A stretch of DNA of 32,000 nt from Gloeothece verrucosa PCC 7822 (lineage in GTDB: Bacteria; Cyanobacteriota; Cyanobacteriia; Cyanobacteriales; Microcystaceae): assembly GCF_000147335.1 (NCBI RefSeq), contig NC_014501.1, positions 2,322,300 to 2,354,299 of the forward strand. The letters are read 5' to 3'. The position numbers and the translations under genes were made by a program. Shown in pieces: positions 1 to 9,877 of the stretch. Below the pieces are notes generated by a model. The model saw only the letters and a list, made by a program, of their open reading frames with translations, searched no databases and had not been told where the DNA came from. Position 1 is the stretch's first letter. Each line of letters starts with the position of its first letter.

Positions 1-1401
1 AGAGGGTACTGTCACCGTCCAAACATCAGTTTTAATCGGTGTTAACTGGCAACCGAGATCGGTTAAAATACGTTCTACATCTGCCGCTTCTACAACACCT
101 ATTCCGTCGGATGTTTTGACATTACCTAAAATTTGCTGTAGTCTTTCTAAACGCAATTCGATCGAACGAGTTTGTTGATCGGGTCTAGCATCGGCAATCA
201 CTTGATGAACCGCCTTACCTCCCGCTATTTCCGTAATCAAAGAGATGGCCCTAGCACAAGCTAAGTCTAACTCAATTTGGTTCACGCCGCGCTCATATCG
301 GGCAGAAGATTCACTGCGTAACCCTTGAGATTTTGAAGACCGACGAATGGTGATCGGATCAAATAGTGCCGCTTCTAAAACAAGATTTTCCGTGCCTTCA
401 TAAACCTCGGTTTCTTCTCCTCCCATCACGCCAGCGATGGCAACCGGAACATCATTACTGGTAATGAGTAAATTTTGGGGAACCAGAGAGCGAGTTTGAC
501 CATCGAGGGTTTTAATTTCTTCTTTTTCACGGGCAAATCTGACCCCTATACTTAAACTTTTGCCCTTGCCTACGGTTTTCAAGCGTTCCCGGTCAAAAGC
601 ATGAAGCGGCTGTCCCCATTCTAGTAATACATAATTGGTGACATCCACCACATTATTAATCGGACGAACCCCTGCCGCTTCTAAGCGTTTTTGTAACCAT
701 TGGGGAGAGGGAGCAATTTTAACGCCTTCTATCACCGTACCCATATAAGCCGGACAAGCTACCCCATCATCCACCTCTAGACTTAAACTGCCTTTTTTAG
801 AGGGGATAGATAAGTCGGGGGGTTGAGGAAGGTTTAAGGCCGCACCGGTTAAGGCGGCGACTTCTCGTGCTACTCCCACCATACTCAAGGCATCCGCGCG
901 GTTAGCGGTAGGAGAGATATCTAAAATCACATCATCTAACCCTAATAAGGGACGGACATCAGAACCTAATTCTAAATTCTTTTGTGAAAATATATGAATT
1001 CCTTCAGACTCTTTGGTTAATCCTAACTCAGCCAAAGAGCAAATCATGCCTTCTGAACGAACGCCGCGCAGTTTAGCCGGTTTAATTTTGAGATCTACGG
1101 CAGGTAAATAGGTTCCGGGGGTGGCGACAGCAACAAAAATATCTGCTCTTGCATTGGGTGCCCCACAGACAATTGTAGAGGTAGACTCTCCTCCGATATC
1201 CACTTCACACACACTTAATTTATCCGCATTGGGATGGGGTTCTCGTTTGAGAATTTTTCCGATGACTACCCCGTCCGCTTGTTGACGACGATCTTCTATC
1301 TCTTCAACTTCTATACCTGCAATGGTTAAGGTTTCCGCTAACTCCTCTGGAGTTAAGGTGATATCGACTAATTCCCGCAGCCAATTAATAGAGATTCGCA
1401 T
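1..1401 (-). CDS. pheT: phenylalanine--tRNA ligase beta subunit, N-terminal ~467 codons (3' end lies outside the window)
   Basis: Reverse-strand translation from the ATG at 1401-1399 reads [39 protein letters not shown]...[24 protein letters not shown]...[19 protein letters not shown], the canonical PheT N-terminal tRNA-binding domain. Spot translations near position 1 ([26 protein letters not shown]) fit the PheT B5 region. It is absent from the ORF track because there is no stop inside the window. Confidence 0.9.
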   Translation of the reverse strand, partial: MRISINWLRELVDITLTPEELAETLTIAGIEVEEIEDRRQQADGVVIGKILKREPHPNADKLSVCEVDIGGESTSTIVCGAPNARADIFVAVATPGTYLPAVDLKIKPAKLRGVRSEGMICSLAELGLTKESEGIHIFSQKNLELGSDVRPLLGLDDVILDISPTANRADALSMVGVAREVAALTGAALNLPQPPDLSIPSKKGSLSLEVDDGVACPAYMGTVIEGVKIAPSPQWLQKRLEAAGVRPINNVVDVTNYVLLEWGQPLHAFDRERLKTVGKGKSLSIGVRFAREKEEIKTLDGQTRSLVPQNLLITSNDVPVAIAGVMGGEETEVYEGTENLVLEAALFDPITIRRSSKSQGLRSESSARYERGVNQIELDLACARAISLITEIAGGKAVHQVIADARPDQQTRSIELRLERLQQILGNVKTSDGIGVVEAADVERILTDLGCQLTPIKTDVWTVTVPS

Positions 1402-1558
1402 CTTCTCTTTCTTATCAGTGACCAGTTATCAGTTTAACCTGTACTGACCTATTATTCTGTATTTAGGCGATTTAGCCACCCATTCAAAATGAGTGGCAAC
1501 TGTAGCAATACTCTAGTTTATTAATCTTTTCCTAGGCGCTTTCGCTATTTCAACGAGC

Positions 1559-2683
1559 CTAGGTAGGAGTCTCATAATTATCAACATTGCATTCACCAGT
1601 ACGACCAAAATCCGGACTAGCATCACTATAGAAAGTACGAATTGCCCCTTCACGAGCGACAAAAACGTTTTCAAAAGTCTGCCCTTCGTCTGTAATTCCT
1701 ACTAAACAAGCTATATTTGTTGAGTCTGTATTGGGGTTATCTTTGTAGGTTCTAGCACCCAGTTCTAAAATTTCTTCGGCATCGAGGGTATAAGCATAAC
1801 CTTTGATCGGGGCGCTAACTTTACGGTCGCCGAGTTGCAGTTCTACACCTAGGGTATAAACTGCTCCCTCTTGAATTTCTGCGTTAGGAATACTCCTGGG
1901 TAAAATGCCAGCTAAATTTTTTTGTTGCAAATCTAAGTAGCGTCCTGCAAAGTGTAATCCGCCAATACCTCTACCAGGTTCACCACAAAATACATGATCA
2001 AAACCCTTGACCTTAAACCAAACATCGGTTAAATCATCCAGGAATTCATCATCAGAAGTACGTCCTTCTTCTAAAGAACCTCCTACATATTCTTTGATAT
2101 TAGCTAGAACGCCGGGAAAGTTATTTAGAGTTGATTTAAATTCGTTCTCACTAACGACTTTACCCGGCTGGCCACAGAGTTCAACGATCGCCAGATCAAA
2201 ATCATTCAATGCACGAGGAATAGGGGTAATGTCTTGATGTTGCCTATTGAACAAACCATCAGAATTATCGTCAAAAAAAGGAATAAATGCGGTTGGTTGG
2301 CTGCCGCTTTCCCCAGTGGTAGTTCCCGTTTCTGAAGGATTGCTCTCTGTAGAAGTGGCTAAAGCCGGATTGAGTTCCCCACAGGTTAAAGCGACCCAAT
2401 GATTGGTTGAATTGGGAATCTTGATGTAAACATAAGTAGGATTATCTTGTTTATTTAGTCCCACTGCTTCGTAGGGGATAGATGTTTCTAAAGGGATGGG
2501 ATTTTTCCCACTAATGGAAGTAGTACCGTTACAAGGTTGAGTGAGAGTGAATCTACCCGTATAGGGTGTTTGTGCCCAAGCGGCACTCGGTAAAATGATC
2601 AGAGAAATTAGTCCGGCTAATAAAGTTAGACAAAGGACAGATTTCAATTTTTTCATGGAAGATAGCAAGGTTGTTTTTTTCAT
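1559..2683 (-). CDS. secreted protein with an EndoU/XendoU-like (poly(U)-specific endoribonuclease fold) C-terminal half
   Basis: 374-aa ORF with a signal peptide (MKKTTLLSSMKKLKSVLCLTLLAGLISLIILPSAAWAQ). It contains KGFDHVFCGEPGRGIGGLHFAGRYLDLQQK followed by PIKGYAY, which resembles the His/His/Lys core GFEHVFvGE-x7-GxHNW...K of XendoU-family RNases. The family call is motif-level only. Confidence 0.5.
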   Translation of the reverse strand: MKKTTLLSSMKKLKSVLCLTLLAGLISLIILPSAAWAQTPYTGRFTLTQPCNGTTSISGKNPIPLETSIPYEAVGLNKQDNPTYVYIKIPNSTNHWVALTCGELNPALATSTESNPSETGTTTGESGSQPTAFIPFFDDNSDGLFNRQHQDITPIPRALNDFDLAIVELCGQPGKVVSENEFKSTLNNFPGVLANIKEYVGGSLEEGRTSDDEFLDDLTDVWFKVKGFDHVFCGEPGRGIGGLHFAGRYLDLQQKNLAGILPRSIPNAEIQEGAVYTLGVELQLGDRKVSAPIKGYAYTLDAEEILELGARTYKDNPNTDSTNIACLVGITDEGQTFENVFVAREGAIRTFYSDASPDFGRTGECNVDNYETPT

Positions 2684-2830
2684 CTTCTGGCTTAAACGAG
2701 CAGAGATACCATTTAATAGTGTAAGGTTAATGGTACTGAGGATATATTAACTTTTTTTTTATTAAAGTCAGAGGACATAGATAACATAACCTAAATTTTA
2801 CCTAAATAAGTTATAAAGGAGTTCCGCTTA

Positions 2831-3433
2831 ATGACCACCATAAATCGACGACAAAACCGCCCTTCACAGGAAGAGATCGAGCAAATGTTTAGGGAATTGG
2901 AAGTTATACCTAGTCCCTTAGACCAGCCGGCTATTATTCAACTGTTGCAAAAGTTTCGGGAGATTTATGCTAATGGTGGCGCAGAGTTTGCTCGATTTCA
3001 GTTATCTAATCACCCTGTATTTGATTGGTTTTCTTCTCATAATCGCTTAAAGGAGATTAATTTTTTTGACCAATGTATCACCCGGACTGCGGTAAGGGAA
3101 GCTTTACCTTCATTAGAGATTGAGACTAGCTTAAAGTCTTCTCTAAATTTAAAAGATGATAGCAGTGCATTTACCTTTGATGGAGAATTAGCCAAGGTTC
3201 TCTTCAAGGGCGGCGCTTACAATAAATTTAAAGGTTCTGCTAAAGAAGCGAAAACTTTAGGAGGTAATTTTTCTGCCGCTCTTTTTGGTGATCGCTATGA
3301 TGAAGTGAAAATTTATGTGAGTTATGAACCTTGGTCAAATTGGTTTGGTGCTGTTGCTTGGGATATGACTTGGTTGGGTATTGATAAGGGTAATAATCAA
3401 CTTTGGTTATTATCTGTTACGGATACTGATTAA
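2831..3433 (+). CDS. hypothetical protein (200 aa)
   Basis: Long ORF with GGAG ending 9 nt upstream of its ATG. No recognisable motif. Confidence 0.6.
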   Translation: MTTINRRQNRPSQEEIEQMFRELEVIPSPLDQPAIIQLLQKFREIYANGGAEFARFQLSNHPVFDWFSSHNRLKEINFFDQCITRTAVREALPSLEIETSLKSSLNLKDDSSAFTFDGELAKVLFKGGAYNKFKGSAKEAKTLGGNFSAALFGDRYDEVKIYVSYEPWSNWFGAVAWDMTWLGIDKGNNQLWLLSVTDTD

Positions 3434-3520
3434 TCAATTGATTGCCCCCTGATTAAAGCCTTTTTAAGGATTGGGGGGGATCAAATTTACAATATAAACA
3501 TCAACCCGAAAATTGCTCAG

Positions 3521-4096
3521 ATGGTCAAACTCATGATACAAACCGCTAAACCTGCACTCTCCTTAGAGGAATTCCTCAAACTCCCAGAAACCCAACCGGA
3601 GAGCGAATACCTCGATGGTAAAATTATTCAAAAACCGATGCCTCAAGGAAAACACAGTAGAATACAAGGTAAATTAGTCACAACCATCAATGCTATCGCC
3701 GAAACTGAACGCATTGCTTTAGCCTTACCCGAGTTACGTTGTAGCTTTGGAGGCCAATCTATTGTTCCTGATGTAGCCGTCTTAAAATGGGAGAACATAC
3801 CCAAAGATGACAATGGAGATATTGCCAATGTGGTTGCTACCTCTCCAGACTGGATTATTGAAATTCTCTCCCCTGAGCAAAATCAATCTCGAGTCACCAA
3901 CAAAATTTTACATTGCCTCAATTGCGGCTGTAAATTAGGATGGTTAATCGATCCTCAAGTGCATTCACTGTTAATTTTTCCACCCCAACAACAACCCCTA
4001 TTTTTTGAAGAAGAAGATCGACAGCTTCCTGTTCCGGATTTTCTAACACAACTCAATCTAAAAGTCAAGGATATTTTTAGTTGGCTGAAGCTTTGA
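3521..4096 (+). CDS. Uma2 family (DUF820) putative restriction-endonuclease-like protein
   Basis: LSLEEFLKLPETQPESEYLDGKIIQKPMP...HSRIQGKL...PELRCSFGGQSIVPDVAV...PDWIIEILSPEQ...KILHCLNCGCKLGWLIDPQ matches the typical Uma2 layout (D...E-x-K-like core PDxxV / EIxSP). The family is highly expanded in cyanobacteria. Confidence 0.8.
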   Translation: MVKLMIQTAKPALSLEEFLKLPETQPESEYLDGKIIQKPMPQGKHSRIQGKLVTTINAIAETERIALALPELRCSFGGQSIVPDVAVLKWENIPKDDNGDIANVVATSPDWIIEILSPEQNQSRVTNKILHCLNCGCKLGWLIDPQVHSLLIFPPQQQPLFFEEEDRQLPVPDFLTQLNLKVKDIFSWLKL

Positions 4097-4446
4097 GGTT
4101 TGGATGCTGCCTCTTTAGTTCCTGCACTGGCATTAAGCTCTTTTATGCGTATATGTTCTGAATCTTAGGGCAATTTTATTAAAACTATATATTATCTCTC
4201 ATTAATTTACTGAAACGCCTCTATCTAAAGTATGGTATTATGGAAGGTGTATCACAGTCTGTTAATGAAGCTTCTCTCGAGTCTAACTACTTTTATAAAA
4301 ATAAATATCTAAGAGAAGTTGTTAAATTAAGCGAATTTTCGGGCATTATAAGATTAGATTCCAAAAAATCCCTGGGCCAAACTAACCCGCTTTTTGAAAT
4401 CCTATTTTCACTTCCATTTGGACACAGCAATCTTTGGTGACCTTGC

Positions 4447-6123
4447 ATGAGCTACTGCGTCAATCCTTCCTGTAGTAATCCGAAAAACCCTGATAATGTC
4501 GTCGTTTGTCAAGCCTGCGGTTCCAAACTCTTATTGCGCGATCGCTATCAGGTACTTGGCATTCTTGGTAAAGGAGGGTTCGGAGCGACTTTTGCTACTA
4601 TAGATACAAAAATTCCCAGCAAACCCTTATGTGTCGTCAAACAACTCAGGCCATCTTCGGATGACCCCAATGTTTTCCGCATGGCAAAAGAGTTATTCGT
4701 CCGAGAAGCCCAAACTTTAGACAAAGTCGGGGTTCATCCTCAAGTTCCCAGATTATTAGACTATTTTGAAGAAGCACAACAATTTTACTTAGTTCAAGAA
4801 TACGTTAAAGGCAACAACTTACACCAGGAAGTTAAAAAGAATGGGCCATTTAGTGAAGCTGGTGTTAAACAATTTCTCTCAGAATTATTACCGATTTTAA
4901 AATATATTCATGCCCAAAAAGTTATTCACCGAGATATTAAACCGGCAAATTTAATTCGCCGTCAAACCGATAAAAAGCTGGTTTTAATTGATTTTGGAGC
5001 CGTTAAAAATCAAGTTAATACCGTAGTAGCCAGTAGTAATTCAGAACAGACTGCCTTTACAGCTTTTGCTGTCGGAACGGCTGGCTTTGCTCCTCCCGAA
5101 CAAATGGCCATGCGTCCAGTCTATGCCAGTGATATTTATGCTGTCGGGGTAACTTGTATTTATTTACTTTCCGGGAAATCTCCTAAAGAGATGGGTATTG
5201 ATCCAGAAACCGGAGAATTAACTTGGGAAAGTTGGGTAGAGATCAGCAACGGTTTTGCCGAAGTCCTGAAAAAAATGCTCGAGGTATCTGTTCGCCATCG
5301 TTATAAATCAGCCCAAGAGGTGTTAGATGCGCTTGAACTGACAGATTACACTCTTTCCTTAGAACAAGGAATGATTATGGCGGGTAAAGGCGAAGAAACT
5401 AATATGCCAACCCAAAGCCGCGCTTCTGGCTTAATCACTAAAGTCAACAATGGCATAGGATCGGGAACGAGGTCCTCATTGCCCAATAGCAGTGTGCGGA
5501 ATCGTCAAAATTCCTCCATAGTCAGTAGCGGTGTGTCGAGTCGTACTTCTCCGGCCATGCCTTCACAGCCTTTGTCAAGTCACTTCAATAAACATCAACC
5601 TCGTAGTAGTCAGATAGATTTTCAGGTGGCTCATACCTCGCATCTGCTCAAGGGACAAAATGGAAACGAACAAGCTGGATTAAAGAAAAAACCTAGATTT
5701 GATGCTCATACTCTTTTAAATAATTATGAAAAAGGAAGACGAGATTTTGCCCAACAAGAATTGAAAGCGATTAATTTATCTAAAGCTAAGATCCCCGGGA
5801 TTAATTTGTATCAAGCCGAATTAGTGAGAGCTAATTTACAATCGACAGATTTATCCGGTGCTGATTTAGGACGGGCTAACTTAAGTCAAGCTGTTTTAAA
5901 AAATACCAATTTAGGGCAAGCTTATTTAGGCTATGCTAATTTAGAACAAGCCGATTTACGAGGAGCAGATTTAACTGGCGCTAATCTTAAATTTGCAAAT
6001 TTAAAAGCCGCGAATTTATGTGGAGCTAATTTATATGAGGCACAAGTCACTCAAGAACAACTCGCTATGGCGAAAACCAATTGGTTAACCGTAATGCCTA
6101 GTGGAAAACGCGGATTTTGGTAA
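4447..6123 (+). CDS. Ser/Thr protein kinase with N-terminal 4-Cys prefix and C-terminal pentapeptide repeats (SpkB-like architecture)
   Basis: 4-Cys prefix: CVNPSCSNPKNPDNVVVCQACGSKL. Kinase motifs: GKGGFGATF, VVKQL, HRDIKPANL, DFG, GTAGFAPPE. A Ser-rich linker follows, then about 20 A(D/N)LxX pentapeptide units (ANLQSTDLSGADLGRANLSQAVLKNTNLGQAYLGYANLEQADLRGADLTGANLKFANLKAANLCGANL). Confidence 0.9.
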   Translation: MSYCVNPSCSNPKNPDNVVVCQACGSKLLLRDRYQVLGILGKGGFGATFATIDTKIPSKPLCVVKQLRPSSDDPNVFRMAKELFVREAQTLDKVGVHPQVPRLLDYFEEAQQFYLVQEYVKGNNLHQEVKKNGPFSEAGVKQFLSELLPILKYIHAQKVIHRDIKPANLIRRQTDKKLVLIDFGAVKNQVNTVVASSNSEQTAFTAFAVGTAGFAPPEQMAMRPVYASDIYAVGVTCIYLLSGKSPKEMGIDPETGELTWESWVEISNGFAEVLKKMLEVSVRHRYKSAQEVLDALELTDYTLSLEQGMIMAGKGEETNMPTQSRASGLITKVNNGIGSGTRSSLPNSSVRNRQNSSIVSSGVSSRTSPAMPSQPLSSHFNKHQPRSSQIDFQVAHTSHLLKGQNGNEQAGLKKKPRFDAHTLLNNYEKGRRDFAQQELKAINLSKAKIPGINLYQAELVRANLQSTDLSGADLGRANLSQAVLKNTNLGQAYLGYANLEQADLRGADLTGANLKFANLKAANLCGANLYEAQVTQEQLAMAKTNWLTVMPSGKRGFW

Positions 6124-6135
6124 TGAGGCAACCGC

Positions 6136-8256
6136 TTAATTGCTATTCGGTTTTAAAAAAGAGTTATCTTCACTAATCGTCAATTTATAGTCAAGAGGTT
6201 GTTTCGATTTGGAGATAATCGTCAATTCATAAAAGCCATCTTCAGGCAGCACACCAGACCATTGAGTTTCTTTAGAATCTTCTAATAAATTATTTTTACC
6301 TGTAGGAGAATAAATAGAAAAAAGAGTATCATGGTCAGCTTGAAGCTGTATTTTAAAATTTTTAGCAGCAGATAGCCGCACCACATAAGCGTTGCCTTCT
6401 CCGGGTTCAAGTCTTCCAGTGGCTTCAGTGGCTAATTGCTGTTCATCGAGTTCCAGTTTTTGATAAATTTTTCCGGAGTCGAGGTCTTGAAGCTTACTAT
6501 AAATAATCGCATTCCAAACTTGACCAATGGGTTTATCAATAAAATCTTGATTTTCTTGCTCAGGAAAATAATAAAAAAAGGTAGCGTCAGCTAAATCGTA
6601 AAGAGCGCGGCTACTGAGATGGAGTTGATTAACTTGCTGTTTCCAACTATCGCGTTGTGCTTGATTATACTGTCCCAAATTTTGGCGAGCCGCTTCACTT
6701 AAAAAACTTAATTTATCTAATAACTGTGCGGCAATTTTATCCCACTTTTCTCGCCACTCAGCATCTTCGGGTTTATTAGTCAACATTTTGCCTTGCTGAG
6801 AAGGATATTCACTGTTATAAACCTGATCCACTAGGTTGTAAAAAAATTGGCTATTAATCCCCAAACTCAGTCGACGATTTTGAAGATCATTTTTCCGTTG
6901 CCATTCTTGATCTGAGATCCCCGAGGAAGGCTTAGACGATGAATTATCGGTAAAGACAGTAGATGTCTTTGAATCTGAACTTTTGTGACCTTGAGTAATT
7001 TGATCGAGCCATGTCTTACCGGCTAACCATCCCATCATTCCCGAACCTATACTGAGAAGCAAGACTAGCATCAATTTTCCCAAACAGCCATTCAAAGGGT
7101 TAACCGTTCTGGTAGAAGTAGAGGTCATAGTTGAGTTATTTTCAGAAAGCGAGAGGGAATTTAGCTGTGAGGGCGTAGAAGAAGGAAGCGATGAATTGGC
7201 GGGTGTTATTGGACTGGGGTGCGGAGCTCGTTCCGCACTCGCTGGCGTTACTGGAGTGACTGGTGTTACCGGTGTGACTGGCGTTACTGGAGTCGCTACA
7301 ACAGATGAGCCATTAGAGGAACTAGAAGCCACCGACGGCATAACCACAAGGGTCGCTTGGGTTGGATCACTAGAAATTACTGCGGCTTGCACAGGTTGAG
7401 ATTGAGTGCCTTTGAGAATTTCCAGAACTTCCCTTGCATTTTGGGGGCGTTCGTGCCCATTTTTAGCCAGCATTTTCCACAGCAGATTTTTTAATTTCGG
7501 ACTCAGCAACAAATCTTGTTTTGGGTCCGTTCTCAGGCTAGTGACTTCAAGTACCTCGCTAGGCGGTTTGCCTGTAAGTAATACCAAGACAGTAGCAGCT
7601 AGGGCGTACAAATCACTATGAGGAAAGACGATTCCGCTTTGAATCTGTTCCGGGGGAGCATAGCCCATTTGTCCGAGTTGGGTAGCCACAGCAATCGTCA
7701 GGGGTTGACTCGACATGGGATGAGTTCCTGTGGTGGCCAGTTGCTTAACGCTGCCAAAATCGATTAAAACCGGTAATTGATCGCTATGGCGTAAAATGAT
7801 ATTATCCGGACAAATGTCTCGATGAATGATCCCTCTCGCATGAATATAGGCGATCACAGGCAATAGATTTTTTAATAATTGGGTCACTTCCTCTTCAGTA
7901 AAAGTTTGACCCTGCAAGGCGCGAATTTTGAGGAGGTCGCCATAGGTTTGCCCTTGAATATAATCTTGAACCAAAAATAGCCGCTTTTGGTGTCGAAACA
8001 GTTCTCGGAAACGAGGAATTTGGGGATGTTGCAGCTTATAGAGAACTTTAGCTTCTCGTTCAAAGAGTTCCTCAATTTTTTGGAGTTGTTCAGGATGTTC
8101 AAGTTGAGGAATTAATTCTTTAACAACACACAATTCATCAAAGCGATGGGTATCTTCAACGAGATAGGTAGACCCTACGCTACTATGTCCCAACTGTCGC
8201 AATGTGCGATAGCGCTCATTTAAGACGACTCCTAAGTGCATGGAATGGTTCATCAA
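6136..8256 (-). CDS. membrane-spanning Ser/Thr protein kinase with extracytoplasmic C-terminal domain
   Basis: Kinase motifs: VVKEL, HRDICPDNI, DFGS, GQMGYAPPE. Then a Ser/Pro/Thr-rich linker with (PVT)5, one TM helix (LGKLMLVLLLSIGSGMMGWLAG) and a ~290-aa C-terminal region ending in a beta-rich module. The exact start is uncertain (M1, M2 or M6). Confidence 0.85.
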   Translation of the reverse strand: MMNHSMHLGVVLNERYRTLRQLGHSSVGSTYLVEDTHRFDELCVVKELIPQLEHPEQLQKIEELFEREAKVLYKLQHPQIPRFRELFRHQKRLFLVQDYIQGQTYGDLLKIRALQGQTFTEEEVTQLLKNLLPVIAYIHARGIIHRDICPDNIILRHSDQLPVLIDFGSVKQLATTGTHPMSSQPLTIAVATQLGQMGYAPPEQIQSGIVFPHSDLYALAATVLVLLTGKPPSEVLEVTSLRTDPKQDLLLSPKLKNLLWKMLAKNGHERPQNAREVLEILKGTQSQPVQAAVISSDPTQATLVVMPSVASSSSNGSSVVATPVTPVTPVTPVTPVTPASAERAPHPSPITPANSSLPSSTPSQLNSLSLSENNSTMTSTSTRTVNPLNGCLGKLMLVLLLSIGSGMMGWLAGKTWLDQITQGHKSSDSKTSTVFTDNSSSKPSSGISDQEWQRKNDLQNRRLSLGINSQFFYNLVDQVYNSEYPSQQGKMLTNKPEDAEWREKWDKIAAQLLDKLSFLSEAARQNLGQYNQAQRDSWKQQVNQLHLSSRALYDLADATFFYYFPEQENQDFIDKPIGQVWNAIIYSKLQDLDSGKIYQKLELDEQQLATEATGRLEPGEGNAYVVRLSAAKNFKIQLQADHDTLFSIYSPTGKNNLLEDSKETQWSGVLPEDGFYELTIISKSKQPLDYKLTISEDNSFLKPNSN
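7247..7291. repeat. 9-bp x5 tandem repeat encoding the (PVT)5 linker of the kinase
   Basis: gttactgga gtgactggt gttaccggt gtgactggc gttactgga on the + strand. The units differ only at synonymous third positions of the minus-strand codons. Confidence 0.8.
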
Positions 8257-8540
8257 AACCAGTAATAAAAGTTCATTCTACAATATACATAAATTAATAG
8301 ACGATTTCTCAAGAAATTATTTTCTCGGGTTTCTATAATAAGGCTGTTACAGGAAACGGCAAGACGCGCGAAATATTGGCCATCTCTCGATGAGCAACTG
8401 TGGAAAAAAATTGTGTCAGATCAAGCACCGACTTGAGAAAAGCCTTTAAAATCTAAAGTCAGATCCACTGAGTTCTATCCCACGCTCTCACTCGCTCTTG
8501 GTAGTGTCGATAGTTTACCTAGTATTAGGAGTTGCTCGTG

Positions 8541-9098
8541 ATGAATTTTCCATCAAGTTTGAAATTTTTAACTTGTTGCGCCGTTTCTTTAATGACTCTA
8601 ACTGGCATTATTCCCGAAATCCAAGCTCAACCCAAACCCGAAATTCGTTTTATTTGTGGCAATGGACTTGATCCTCAAGATAATCAATATTATCCTACTA
8701 CCTATGCTTTAACCGAGCGAGGCAAAATTGCCGTAGTCCGTTGGAAATATCAATGGTTTGGTGATCCGGATGTGGTTTTACAAGGTCGTTGTCAGACAGT
8801 AGCAAGTACCTTTCAATTTGCCTATGACCAGGGTAACCTCAACTATATTACTAACGATCAAGACCTGAATGGACAACCGAGAATTTGTGGCACTAGCCGC
8901 TTTTTTGGTCATTGTGTCACTGTGCTTTTCGGCTTACGTTCTTCTACGGATTCTCTCAAAGTGTTGAGCCAAATTCAACAAGCACTTAAAGGGCATAAGG
9001 TTAGTCTGCCCTCTCCTCGTTTGATGGATAAGTCACAAGCGTATATTTCCCTTGATATGAATCAATTTTTTGCCACCGCTCCGGTTGAACCCCAATGA
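8541..9098 (+). CDS. COP23 (circadian oscillating polypeptide 23) domain protein, secreted
   Basis: Signal peptide: MNFPSSLKFLTCCAVSLMTLTGIIPEIQA. FICGNG...YPTTYALTERGKIAVVRWKYQWFGD...QGRCQTVASTFQFAYDQGNLNYIT...NGQPRICGT...GHCVTVLFGL fits the conserved Cys/Trp pattern of the cyanobacterial COP23 family. I prefer the ATG at 8541 (AGGAG 9 nt upstream) to the ORF-track TTG at 8532. Confidence 0.65.
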   Translation: MNFPSSLKFLTCCAVSLMTLTGIIPEIQAQPKPEIRFICGNGLDPQDNQYYPTTYALTERGKIAVVRWKYQWFGDPDVVLQGRCQTVASTFQFAYDQGNLNYITNDQDLNGQPRICGTSRFFGHCVTVLFGLRSSTDSLKVLSQIQQALKGHKVSLPSPRLMDKSQAYISLDMNQFFATAPVEPQ

Positions 9099-9109
9099 TC
9101 TAATGGGTG

Positions 9110-9145
9110 AAGGGGCAAGGTATGCTGCCTGTCATCCTTCCCCTT
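9110..9145. terminator. hairpin between convergent COP23 and response-regulator genes (possible bidirectional terminator)
   Basis: aaggggcaagg (9110-9120) pairs with ccttcccctt (9136-9145), giving 10 bp with one bulged C and a 15-nt loop. There is no clear U-run. Confidence 0.3.
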
Positions 9146-9232
9146 TAACTCCTCAATGAATTGCTATAGATTATTCTCAATTTCTTTGCCTGTTCAAATA
9201 GAGGGTTAGAAAAGGGTCCGACAACTGGTTTA

Positions 9233-9655
9233 TTAGCAGAGTGGTTGAATGTTTGGCTGCTTTCCCAGTTCTTTAATTAGATGAACCAGTTGATGAATAG
9301 CTATATCTTTTTGACAGACTCTATCAATAGGTACCGTTTGACACATTACCTCAGTTTGGGGATCTTCTAGGGAAGTATAAGCAATAATTCGGGTATTCGG
9401 CGCAATTTGTTTAATTTCCGAAGCGGCACTTAACCCATTGAGAATAGGCATTTGTAGATCTAAAATAATGACATCTGGACAACTCGCTTTGACTTTTTCA
9501 ATGGCCTCTAAACCATTCTCCGCTAAACCCACAATATCGATTTCTTCATCCTTTGATAAAGAGAGTTTGAGGCTAAGGCGAGTTAGGTCATGATCATCAA
9601 CAATTAAAACACGAACCATACACTGCCGATTGGTTAATAGCATTGACACTTCCAA
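9233..9655 (-). CDS. single-domain CheY-like response regulator (receiver only)
   Basis: VRVLIVDDHDLTRLSL...PDVIILDLQMPILNGL...RIIAYTS carries the receiver acidic pocket DD, the phospho-acceptor D in ILDLQMP and a T/S. The true start may be the internal M at 9619 (MVRVLIVDD). Confidence 0.8.
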   Translation of the reverse strand: MEVSMLLTNRQCMVRVLIVDDHDLTRLSLKLSLSKDEEIDIVGLAENGLEAIEKVKASCPDVIILDLQMPILNGLSAASEIKQIAPNTRIIAYTSLEDPQTEVMCQTVPIDRVCQKDIAIHQLVHLIKELGKQPNIQPLC

Positions 9656-9877
9656 ACCTTTTCTGTTTGCTTTTCCTGTTATATTTTAGTGTAAAAGATT
9701 AGGTCGATTTTGAGGGTCTATCATCCGGGAGATTAAATTAAAGTATAATAATATTCAACTTTCTTAAAAATTGATCATCTCTCTTGAGAAGCTACCTCAA
9801 ATAATAACTGAGCCTATGATATTAATTGTTGTATTTTTTTCTTGACTGGCTTGCTCTCGAGTAAACCAATGGATTAA

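Noticed and set aside
3445-3477. C5...G5 element (gccccctgattaaagcctttttaaggattggggggg) after the 200-aa ORF as a terminator
   Set aside because: Only 5 G-C pairs enclose a 23-nt loop, and no U-run follows. It resembles a common cyanobacterial G/C-capped repeat motif more than a functional terminator.
4240-4440. 66-aa ORF upstream of kinase 1 (MEGVSQSVNEASLESNYFYKNKY...)
   Set aside because: It has no RBS and no recognisable motif, and its AT-rich leader-like composition gives nothing to support it as a gene. It cannot be excluded without expression data.
2007-8102. Listed short ORFs 2007-2237, 3643-3828, 7196-7399, 7406-7621 and 7884-8102
   Set aside because: Each is nested in or antisense to a long ORF with clear family motifs (EndoU-like, Uma2, kinase), so I treat them as shadow ORFs.
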